Positions 1-9,614 of a stretch of DNA of 38,017 nucleotides are shown here, piece by piece (the first letter of the stretch is position 1; each line of letters opens with the position of its first letter). The stretch comes from Asterionella formosa. Its lineage: Eukaryota. The notes below the pieces were generated by a model. That model made no database searches, was not told the origin of the DNA, and saw only the letters and a program-made list of their open reading frames with translations. Made by a program: the position numbers and the translations under genes. The stretch spans positions 1 through 38,017 of the forward strand of contig NKIB01015149.1 in assembly GCA_002256025.1 (NCBI GenBank), in the 5' to 3' direction.

Positions 1-1
1 T

Positions 2-241
2 TTCCTAAGCAAAAACCAACAAGTTGGATCAAGGACAAAGCATATTGATGTCAGATATCATTTTATACGTGAGAAGACTGAAGATGGATATGTTGTTGTG
101 GTCTATGTACAAACATGTGAAAACCCTAGTGACCTGCTGTCAAAGAATGTAACTCAGAAGGTGCATGAATTGCATGCATATGATATTTGCAATGGGACAA
201 TGGATTGTTGGAACTGGAACAGGGAGGATGTCAAGATTTAG
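2..241 (+). mobile_element. Ty1/Copia retrotransposon pol 3' end (RNase H C-terminus), truncated by the window edge
   Basis: Frame 2 reads FLSKNQQVGSRTKHIDVRYHFIREKTEDGYVVVVYVQTCENPSDLLSKNV...NREDVKI*. It contains the Copia RNase H motifs RTKHIDxRYHFIRE and NxxDxxxK. The stop codon (239-241) falls just inside the LTR. Confidence 0.95.
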
Positions 242-691
242 TACTGCGTGCATATTAGTTCAATCGAACTAATCAATCTTGAATAATATTCCAGCCAAAA
301 TCCCGTATTGAAATGCTGTGAGAATTTGAACAGCATTGATTGCCAAGAACTGTATCAGCAAACCAAGGTAAATATTCGAATGGAGAATGTTCTAAGTAAT
401 CAATATTTCAATGAAGGAAAGGTATATATGCAATGCAGATAGCATTGAATATTCACGATTGTTCTACTAAGTGAGTGGAGTTAAGTTGTCAGTTGAGAAT
501 TGAATGTCTAACAACACAATGAATATCTATATACAAATTTGGGAAGAGAACCTTGATAATTGGTCATGTGAACGATTACAAGATAGATCAAATAATCTCA
601 CAATAAGGTGGGATTAGAACAGAAGGTTTTAATACACTGAGCTTGTCTAGAAAGAGCTAGCATTGCAGTCAGACTGCAGAAGAATTTAACA
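221..691 (+). mobile_element. Polypurine tract and probable 3' LTR of the Copia element
   Basis: AGGGAGGA (221-228) is followed directly by TGTCAA (229). The most plausible LTR end is ...GAATTTAACA at 691 (TG...CA, imperfect terminal inverted repeat TGTCAA/TTAACA). The 3' boundary is inferred because the 5' LTR is outside the window. Confidence 0.7.
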
Positions 692-715
692 CAACCACTC
701 CATTGGCTGCTGCTG

Positions 716-801
716 TGCATGTTGCAGTAATTGTGCTGAAACTAAAAGTTTAGCTATCTTTATCCGATATTAAATTGATTTAAGCAAAATGACCGCAACT
801 T
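716..801 (+). repeat. ~85-bp dispersed repeat, copy 1 (copy 2 at 24669-24757)
   Basis: TGCATGTTGCAGTAATTGTGCTGAAACTAAAAGTTTAGCTATCTTTATCCGATATTAAATTGATTTAAGCAAAATGACCGCAACTT aligns end to end with 24669-24757, with a few substitutions and one small indel. Confidence 0.9.
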
Positions 802-1233
802 ACCTTGTGTGCAAATCGTTGGTTCCCCACGACGCACGGTCGCGGCCGATCAAAAGATACGGCATGTGTATTTAGCAAAGATGCATAATTACAGGATCAC
901 TGCCTACTACAGTAGTGCATTATTGCCAGTCCAGATTCACGTACTTACAAACTATGGCTGAGGAGTCGCTCCTATGGAAACCACACACAAACTTGTCTAT
1001 TGGCAATTGTCAGCACCCTCTCCCAAGGTCATCGGCCATGACGCATTTTTTTTTGAAACATCGTCACAATCGCTTATACCGGTAGCTAAGAGATATACCG
1101 GTAGACGATACCGGCGTTTAGGAAATTAAAACGGTTTCATATCTTCCACTAGATAAAAGAATATGCACAGATTCTTGTTCGAAATCCACTCTTTTCTGCC
1201 CTTCTGTGATGTGAACAATCACACAACAAATCA

Positions 1234-3738
1234 ATGATTCACGTCAGGAAGACTCCAAGGATGACGAACCTTCTCCAGACAAGTCCTTCTAGGCAGATGA
1301 TTATTCTTGCTTTGGTCTGTCAATTTTCGCTTGTAGTGCCTTTTTCTTCCAGTGTCGGACCTTACGATGGGTCTAAGGCATGTGCTTACGCCTTTACTTT
1401 TCGGAAGTGGCCAAAGTATCAGGTGAAGTCCTCGTCGTTATCAGGACGCTGCAGTTACATTTCACATTCAAACGATATACAATCAAGAACTCCCTTGCGT
1501 TCACGTTCTACGAGACTTCATTTATTCTCAGTAAACCTCAACAACAACAAAGGCAGCAACGACAACGACAACAACGACGACGACTTTCCAACTTGGGTTC
1601 GAGCGCTGCAGCAGTGGCCTCTAACTTCTCCAACACCATCTATTAAACGAATTTCATTGAAGGATAAAGAAAATACCAACCTCGGGGCTATACTCCCCGA
1701 CGAATCCACAACCAAGAAGAGATTTCCAAGTATTGGTACGACAACGAATGTTCCTCTTGCTAGTCTACTCAATATCGAAGCGTTGTTAATGGCAAGTGAA
1801 GGAGAGAAGCAAGTTGAATCAGTTCAATTAACGGATGTAAAAAGCGGTGACGATAACACGAGGCTCCAAAAACTGGGCACAACCGCACTCCAAAAATTGG
1901 GAGACTGGGATAAATTAATGTCGAATTTGCAACGATCCATTTCAGATTTGACCGACGGTGTTACTGTGTCTTCGGGAGCAGTGATTGGAACTGCGGCTGA
2001 CTCAATCCTTAAGGAAGCAACCTCGAGACTCGATTATTTCGTGGCGTCAACAAGTACGGCAATATCACCGGCGGCGTTGCAAGAGTTGATTTTCAAGGCA
2101 AGTCAAGCCCTGACTCTAAGAGATGGAGGGATTGAGACAGCGGCAAACAGTTTTGTGGCAGCGGCAGAAAAGCTGGCGAGAGAGCAAGGTTTAGATGTAC
2201 GTGAGGCTGCAGAGAGAGCGAGAGAGACAACAAAGTATACAGCAGACCTTGTCACACTTGCGAATGGACTGTTAGTTGCGGGATATGCGAAGGGCGACAA
2301 AGGCTCGACAAAAGCTGTTGGTGCATCCAGCAACCTCGACCCCCAACCTCTCTTCCATGAATTCGAGTCAGCCAAGATGCTTCCGCTCTCAGACTATTCC
2401 TGCGGGGTCGCCAAGGTAGCCGAAATGGGGTCACTTTCCGGAGCTATTTATCAAGCAACCATCGATAACACGCGTCAACTCGGCCATGCAATTGTTCAGA
2501 ATGGGACAGCGGCTGATGTCACGTGGATGATTACAGACAGCATTGGTTTCCAGGAAGATTTTGTAGTTCATACCACTCGTGGGCGCGATCCTATTTTTGT
2601 ACGTACGTTAACGATCCGTGGATTTGACGCCTCGGACGAATCAGTGGACCGTGAGCAGGTACTCAACGAAGTTTGCACCGCGAATCCCGTGCGAATGGGA
2701 AAGTCAGGACTTATGGTTCATGCTGGTATGCTACGTTTGGCCAAGGCTGTATATGCAGACATCAAGGACTGCCTTGATCTGACTGCTCCTGATCATAAAA
2801 TTGTTATTAATGGGCATTCCATTGGAGGATCTATATCTGTTTTGATTCTCCTTCTCATGGTTGATGATCGAGGTGCTGATTATGTTAGGAACAAGATCGC
2901 CCGTGTATACACTTTTGGATCGCCACCTGTAGTAATGCTGAGCAATGAACCTACTGCCATGAAAGATAACGATTACTTGAAATCCATCCAACTTCCTCCA
3001 TCTGATATCAAGTTCGAGCAGAATGGCCGTGATATTCTTGCTGCTGTTGGCTTACCTTCCTCAATGGTTTATGGTTACGTACAACCATGGGACCCCATTG
3101 TCCGATTGTTTTCAGCCGTCGATCCATTATATCCCTTGGTTGGAGATTTGGGGGACGATGGATTGACACCATTTGCATCTGGTCCTCCCCGAACGTTGCG
3201 ACCAGTGACTCGAGCAATTATTGAGTCTTGGGAAGGGTGGCCACGGTTCCGAGACAATTTTCGTGCTACTGTGAGCCAGGACTATGTACCAGTGGGTCTT
3301 CAGCACATTCTTGTACCCGAGCCTGTACGTTATCTGTCCGATCGGTTAGTTGCAGTCAATGTACAGGTTCCTGATGTGGAGGGTGTTGTAAGAATATCCT
3401 CGTCAGAGTTACTACCTGCTCTTCAAGAGCTCTTTCCTCTTGACGTATTTCGAATTTCACTTCTTCCATCTGGCATTCGTTCCTTTATTCATCACTTCTT
3501 CCCTGCGTATGGATTTCCGATCGTTGACTATAGTGCCAAGACCAAGCCTAGCGTCGTGCCCCAAAAGGTCCGAGATCAAGAGAGAAGGGAGTATGTAGAA
3601 GTGATGGAAGAAATCAAAGAAAAAGCCAATGAAAAGATTAAAGAAAGCAAAGCGAAGGAAAAGGACGAAGTCTCAACAGCGAAAGCAGGAGGTTGGTCTC
3701 CAGCTCAGTGGTTGCAGTTCCCTAGAAACGAGCCGTGA
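1234..3738 (+). CDS. Class 3 lipase (alpha/beta hydrolase) with long N-terminal extension; possibly plastid-targeted. True start may be the downstream ATG at 1261 or 1297
   Basis: 834-aa ORF with VHAGM, the GHSIGG nucleophile elbow (GxSxG), YTFGSPP and DPIVRL motifs typical of Lipase_3. A hydrophobic N-terminal stretch is followed by a Ser/Arg-rich transit-peptide-like segment. Confidence 0.88.
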   Translation: MIHVRKTPRMTNLLQTSPSRQMIILALVCQFSLVVPFSSSVGPYDGSKACAYAFTFRKWPKYQVKSSSLSGRCSYISHSNDIQSRTPLRSRSTRLHLFSVNLNNNKGSNDNDNNDDDFPTWVRALQQWPLTSPTPSIKRISLKDKENTNLGAILPDESTTKKRFPSIGTTTNVPLASLLNIEALLMASEGEKQVESVQLTDVKSGDDNTRLQKLGTTALQKLGDWDKLMSNLQRSISDLTDGVTVSSGAVIGTAADSILKEATSRLDYFVASTSTAISPAALQELIFKASQALTLRDGGIETAANSFVAAAEKLAREQGLDVREAAERARETTKYTADLVTLANGLLVAGYAKGDKGSTKAVGASSNLDPQPLFHEFESAKMLPLSDYSCGVAKVAEMGSLSGAIYQATIDNTRQLGHAIVQNGTAADVTWMITDSIGFQEDFVVHTTRGRDPIFVRTLTIRGFDASDESVDREQVLNEVCTANPVRMGKSGLMVHAGMLRLAKAVYADIKDCLDLTAPDHKIVINGHSIGGSISVLILLLMVDDRGADYVRNKIARVYTFGSPPVVMLSNEPTAMKDNDYLKSIQLPPSDIKFEQNGRDILAAVGLPSSMVYGYVQPWDPIVRLFSAVDPLYPLVGDLGDDGLTPFASGPPRTLRPVTRAIIESWEGWPRFRDNFRATVSQDYVPVGLQHILVPEPVRYLSDRLVAVNVQVPDVEGVVRISSSELLPALQELFPLDVFRISLLPSGIRSFIHHFFPAYGFPIVDYSAKTKPSVVPQKVRDQERREYVEVMEEIKEKANEKIKESKAKEKDEVSTAKAGGWSPAQWLQFPRNEP

Positions 3739-3975
3739 TAAAAATCATTGTTGTTGCTTTAAAACTACATGTAAACTACCTTTATACACGACTTGTCTTG
3801 AGTTCGTTCCCTTACACAACGTACCGGCAATTGAGATCTTTTGTTACGACCTTTTCCATGTACGGGCACTGAAAAACTGCCGTGCGCGCCCATATTACCC
3901 CAATAACGTTTGATCACGAAGAAGGACTCACTAAGCCACTTCATCGCCTCCCTGACCCATAATATGCTGTTTGTT

Positions 3976-5163
3976 CTAAAACATGTCATTGCCTAGACTC
4001 TGTCGCTTTTTATTTTCCCAAAATCCAATGGCTTCCAGCTTTTGCACTCGCTCCCAAGTCATTCCCTTCGCCTTTGATGGTCCATGTTGTTCCAACAATT
4101 TACGTCGATGACGCTGATTCTCCACCCACTTGTGTAATTTTGAAGCATATACTTTCGGCACCGAACAGTGACCTTCCTTCAACTTGAATTGAATCAAGCA
4201 ATCAAATGATTCTTGCCACTTGCTCTCATTGGGTTGATTCGAGCCAATGACCCACGTAAATCCAATGCTGTCCAAGGCATCAATACGCTCTTGACACATG
4301 TCCCCACCCCCCGAACTGACATTGTATGCTTTGCGGTCGACTCGTTGTTTGCGGACCCAGGCATGGAGCGGACCAGGAAACGATTTTGGGACATTGCAAT
4401 GTCCATTCTTGAGTTTGTACTGTACAAGTTCTTGAAAGCGTTCTTCCCACTTGACATGCCGAACGTATTTGTATTGATACTTTGGATTTTGAGCCACGGC
4501 AATACTAATTGTCGCAGCAGGCTTCTTGTCGTCCGTGGTAGCTTCAGTTGCGGTGGGTGTTGCCTTTGGTTCCTCCACCCTGCCATTGTAGATACTGTTT
4601 GCCTTTGCGTTTCTACGGAATTGTGCTATCTGAGCCTTGAGAGACTTGACTTCCGCAGTCTTCTGTTCCAGTTTCTTCTTGAGCAAGGCGGCTTCAATGG
4701 CTTTGTCCTTGTACAACTTGATGAATATCTGTTCCTTGTGTTGAGCCAAAGCGAGGGGATCAACTTTGGAAGGGTCCACCGCTGCAGCGACGGCTTCTTG
4801 CAAAGTGGCATCATGGTCGATAACATGGTCCATGCCAGGCTGATGGTTGTGCTCGTCATGGTCGAGTTGAGATGCTTGTTGCTGCCTATCATCTGTCTCC
4901 AGTTCATGATGACGATCATGATGATGCTGATTTGACACCATCATGGCTTCCTCGGCAAGGCCAACGACAGAGTCATCGTGAAGATGGTGGTGAGGCTCAT
5001 GAAGATCTTCAGCTCCATAATGGCTGGGGTCTTGCAGAAAGGAAGGCTCGGACTGATGCTGCATCAAATGCGGCTGGTGATGAGTGTATGCATGATGAGG
5101 AGGCTGCTGATCACTCTCGTCACCAAGGCCAACAGCAGCGGCGAGATCCGCAAGATCGGACAT
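3976..5163 (-). CDS. Helicase-associated (HA) domain protein with two HA domains, a coiled coil and a His-rich disordered N-terminus
   Basis: Two repeats of the HA pattern: WEERFQELVQYKLKNGHCNVP..LHAWVRKQR..ERIDALDSIGFTW and WQESFDCLIQFKLKEGHCSVP..LHKWVENQR..ERVQKLEAIGFW. Confidence 0.92.
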   Translation of the reverse strand: MSDLADLAAAVGLGDESDQQPPHHAYTHHQPHLMQHQSEPSFLQDPSHYGAEDLHEPHHHLHDDSVVGLAEEAMMVSNQHHHDRHHELETDDRQQQASQLDHDEHNHQPGMDHVIDHDATLQEAVAAAVDPSKVDPLALAQHKEQIFIKLYKDKAIEAALLKKKLEQKTAEVKSLKAQIAQFRRNAKANSIYNGRVEEPKATPTATEATTDDKKPAATISIAVAQNPKYQYKYVRHVKWEERFQELVQYKLKNGHCNVPKSFPGPLHAWVRKQRVDRKAYNVSSGGGDMCQERIDALDSIGFTWVIGSNQPNESKWQESFDCLIQFKLKEGHCSVPKVYASKLHKWVENQRHRRKLLEQHGPSKAKGMTWERVQKLEAIGFWENKKRQSLGNDMF

Positions 5164-6309
5164 GCCTGTCAGCAGCGCGCAATTCAGAACTCAACCTTGA
5201 AGCACTTTTTAAATTGCTTTGGAGGGAGACGATGGTATAACGTAGACAGTACCTGGTAGCGACTTGTACTAACTATTATGTGTCGATGAAAGGCGCTATG
5301 CCAAGTTTAAATTGCCAACCTGTTGAACACACTCCCACTCTTCAGGTGTCCGACTTGCAACAAAAGCACCTCGAAGTGGACGGCATTACCCAGCGAACTC
5401 GATCGATCGAGTGCGTTGCGAAGGTGTTGGAGAACACCAAGAAGGCTGGCGCACACCTTGTGCGCACGGCCAGACGAAGAACAATAACATTTAAGTATGC
5501 ATGTGCGTGCTGTAGGTTCCCAATTCCCTTCCCGTACCTGGAGCTGTTAGAGGAATGATACATACCGGTACCTACCGCTACTCTTATCGTATGTATGTCC
5601 TGTGTACGCGCAAGTATGGCTGGTCTATGGTCAAAATGGTTGCCGGTGGTGTGAATGGAAAACGTGCTACTTGGCACCGCAAGTGTTGCTTTTCCGGTGT
5701 AATGCCGTTACAGGTATGTGTGTCAATGCCACTACAGTGCTCCAATACAATGTAAAGCAAAATACTGGTATGAAGGTTGAATACACTTCCTCCATATGAT
5801 ACCGGCATTAAAATGCAGACTATGTACGACTAAAAGCTCTATCATTATTGTATTTATCATTTTTTCAAAGACGAATGACCATGGCTCCGGCAACGACTGT
5901 TCCGGATTTCTCAACTCTGCTGAGCTGTCGTACCGGAATCTAGTATTACGCGAGAAAGTTTCAAAAATTCCTTATATTCAGGGACACTTGTTGTGACTAT
6001 AGAAATCAAGAAAATTTCTCGCCCTTCTGCGAACGCGAGAATATGTGCAGCTAGATGCCCTTTACTCAAATGCATCACATAGTGAATACATTTGGAGAAT
6101 GTATGGCGTCAGAATAAAGTTGGATTTGAAATGGTGCATCGTTGTCACGGCACCTTGGTTCTAATTTTGGTTTCGAGTTCGTCGGTTTTCAATTTTAGAA
6201 TTTTTCGAAACTGCCAAGCCGAAGTAAATGTTTTGGATTCTTCTCACAATTTCATCATCCTCACAACCATTATAAAAATACACGCACAAAACTAAAGCTA
6301 TCAATCACA

Positions 6310-7190
6310 ATGTTTTGTACCCTTAGACGCAACCAGTCCATCATGGAGCAGAAAATCCGTAAGGTAGTAGCTCTGTGCAAGGGCAATACTCCTAGCGTCG
6401 AAGGAACTATGGGAACTAATAACTCTGGCGCGACTGGTCGATGGGAGCAACACGAGCGCCACGCGTTTCTTCGAGCCCTTCGCACTCATGGAAAGGGAAG
6501 ATGGAAACAAATTGGGAAAATGATTCCTAACAGGTGAGTTTGTTCTGATTTCGGAGATGCAACAGTATATTTTCACATATTTATTGACTTCTTTTTCGAA
6601 AATTCAGAACAACCATTCAGGTCAAGACCCACGCTCAAATGGTGCTCAGAAGAATTGATTCTGGAGAAGACGTCTTTGCCGACTTGGACGAGCCACATGA
6701 GGAGCCAACGATTGCCTCCATTTCCCGTCCAGCCTTCAAGTCTCTTTCTCTGAACTTTCAGGCCAACCAAATGCCAGTGAAAAAGTCTTTTCATTCCAAG
6801 AAAATGCCAGTCAAAAAGTCTCTTTCTCTGAAGGTTCATTCCAAGAAAATGCCAGTCAAAAAGTCTCTTTCTATGAAGGTTCATTCCAAGAAAAAAACAG
6901 CCAAAAAAATCAAGCGTGGAATTTCTGCCTCGACCATTAAGTTCCCTGTGAAGAAGGGAGCCTTCCCATCAACAAGGGCAGACTTAATCTCAGCTGTTTC
7001 AACTGGTAACTCTGAATCAGCGCCAGTGGCCGCTTATCAATTAGATGCTGGGAAAATTGATTCCATTGATTTCAGTGCCGCCTTCATCCTGAGTAGCTTT
7101 CGAACTGAAAGTTTGTATGAGAGGCTTGATCTGTTAGTGTATTTGGGGACACTTGGAGCAATGCCACATCATTATTCGGTGTCTCGATGA
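6310..7190 (+). CDS. Single-repeat MYB (SHAQKYF-class) transcription factor; exons 6310-6533 and 6608-7190
   Basis: Removing intron 6534-6607 (GTGAGT...TTCAG, 74 nt) joins the two ORFs in frame: GRWEQHERHAFLRALRTHGKGRWKQIGKMIPNR|TTIQVKTHAQMVLRRIDSGEDVF. The start codon (6310 or 6343) is uncertain. Confidence 0.88.
6738..6893 (+). repeat. In-frame 45-nt tandem repeat (KKMPVKKSLS[LM]KVHS) in the MYB gene
   Basis: Two near-identical 45-nt units (6798-6842 and 6843-6887), with partial copies upstream. Confidence 0.93.
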
Positions 7191-7938
7191 ATTCGCGAAC
7201 ATGTGCAGTAATGTCATTTGGGACGAGTATGGGTCAAATGACATTGATTCAGAAACTAATGTTTGATGAATGAACAACTATATAGACTGGTCGTTGCTAA
7301 AATAGAGTGATGACATTTCCAATCCTATTACCGGTACCAGGTACCCATTTCCTCAAAACCTGGTTTCTTGTATCCCCCAACATACCTGTACCCCTTTTGT
7401 ACATCTGGTGCAACACTCCCAAATATTTCATGTTGACAGAAAAAATAACAAACATAAAGGTATTCTATTTATTGAAATGTGTTTTGGTATTACTGGTATT
7501 GCTCTTTCCTGCATGTATCGTCGTCACCTGTAAAATATTGTCACAGACATATAAGCTCTCCCACTTGGCTGATTTGTGTATGTATGACATATTAGCCAAA
7601 TACACATACATTAATATTTACATTGATTCGGGGCATTTTGGGTCATTAATAATGGTGGTAAAGCGCGTAGTTGTGAACTGGGGCAATAATAGGTCATCGT
7701 CCGTTGTCGTTTCTAGATATTCATAACTATGACATGTATGATTTGTTAATATTCTTCTCTGTGTTTTCAAATTATCACTTGGTGGTTCCCGTCGTGCTTG
7801 CTCACCGGCCGTTGCCGCACCATCTCTCCTAATAATAAAAACGAAATTACATGAAGCATATTACATGTTGGCATTGGCTTGACTACCCATTAGTCTACCG
7901 GTAATTCTATTGCCGCATAAAGGGGAAAGAACAACACC

Positions 7939-9426
7939 ATGTCGACTCAAGAAGTCGGACAGATCTTCGGCGAAGGCTCGGGACCTGCTAATGCAATGCT
8001 CCGATCGCCAACAGTCATTATTGCCAGCATAGGGCTCTGGGGAATGAATGTCTACTTCTTTCGACTCTTCAAGATCAACTACGTAAAAGTCCTCAATGCT
8101 GACCTTGTCAAGGAACAGCGAGAACTGAAAGGACTGGCAGAGGATTATGAAAATGGCGATGCGGACGATTCGTCGCTGTCCAAGGAAGACCAAGAACCCC
8201 TGGTGCGAGCAGCCTCGACAATTCCACAAGGCAATCGCATCACAGAAGGCAAGCTCCTTTGCTTGTCAGTTTTGCTGCTCTGTCTCTTGCACTTAACTAC
8301 GTATATATGGATGAATGTCTTGGGACGTGGGACCATTGGAGCCGTCTTTTGCTTTTACGGTGCCGTATCGTTTGCTATTATCTTCCCACTACCATCGACG
8401 CGCTGGCTGAGAATTTCGACGGTCTTGGTCTTGCAGCGAGCATTTGAACTCGTCCATCCGAGATGTTCTTGCTTTTTTATGCCGGCTAATGGACCAAGAC
8501 CGATTCCATTCATCGATGTGTTCTTTGCTGATGCCATGTGTTCCTTCAGCAAAGTGTTTTTTGATTGGGGCATGTTGTGGCATCTGGCATCGCATTACGG
8601 ACACCCTGTGCCCAAATCGACACATAATATATTGATTCCCTCCTTCTTTGCGGCGATTCCTTATTTGATACGAGCGAGGCAGTGTTTAATTATGCACAGG
8701 GTTGGACTCATCAAGGTAGGAGAAATACTGAACGATAACCCATTATATCATCAAGTGCTCTAAACAAACTAACCCCATTCTATTGCCTCGCCCCCATGTC
8801 ACTGGTTTCACCACATCCCCTGTCGTATATAGCACGACCCTAAACGCTATCAGCACATTTTGAATGCCATCAAGTACGCAACATCTATTTTTCCGATCTG
8901 CCTTTCTGCTTATCAGCAAACACTCTCGTCGGACCACGAGCATGCAATGGTCGAATACTATCTCATTGCCCTTCTCGTTGTCAACTCGTTTTATTCACTA
9001 CTTTGGGATATCGTCATGGACTGGGGCATGTGTTCAGATCCTGCCGCCATTATGGAGCACACTTGTGTTGGAGCCCCAGAACAACTCAAAGCGCCATCCT
9101 GCGGACATGCCATCCTACGACCTCGACTGCGCTTTGGTCTATTGGCATCAACCGGGATCTTGGTGGGAGATGCGTTTCTAAGATTTGCGTGGACCTTAAG
9201 ATTTCATCAAACCATGTTTCCAACTAAAGATCACTTTGTACTCTTTACGCAATTTTTGGAAGTCTTTCGACGGGCCATTTGGAATTTGTTGCGCGTGGAA
9301 TGGGAGAATCTTAAGCATCAAAAGGAAAGATCAACGATTGACGAGGTAGATGACGAAGAACTTCCCTTTATCAGCAAGCCTCCTATCGGAATCCAAATGG
9401 CACCAGTCATGACTCATCGTTCATGA
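7939..9426 (+). CDS. EXS-family (ERD1/XPR1/SYG1) multi-pass membrane protein lacking an SPX domain; exons 7939-8715 and 8833-9426, ~456 aa
   Basis: Motifs LWGMN, FIDVFFADAMCSFSKVFFD, IPYLIRARQCL, HILNAIKY, YSLLWDIVMDWG, LRPRLRF, LRFAW and LEVFRRAIWNLLRVEWE. Intron 8716-8832 (GTAGGA...TATAG) is phase 0. Confidence 0.93.
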
Positions 9427-9614
9427 CTACTATCCTTCAGCCATCGACCGAACTATGAATTCTTTTGGTTTTCGCTCTTCACTACGAGAAAAAGCGACTG
9501 AGTCGCTTTGTCAAATACTATTTATCGGTTTCGTAAACCCATTTGTGAATGCCAGTTTCGTCCTTGCTTGTACGCCAGGAATTGAGCAGAAATTGGGAAA
9601 TAATAGCTAGTAAC

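Noticed and set aside
1035..1047. GCCATGACGCATT, a 13-nt match to the left TIR
   Set aside because: Isolated, with no partner end or extension; cannot be distinguished from chance.
4213..4935. 240-aa + strand ORF
   Set aside because: Antisense shadow of the HA-domain gene with no recognisable motif.
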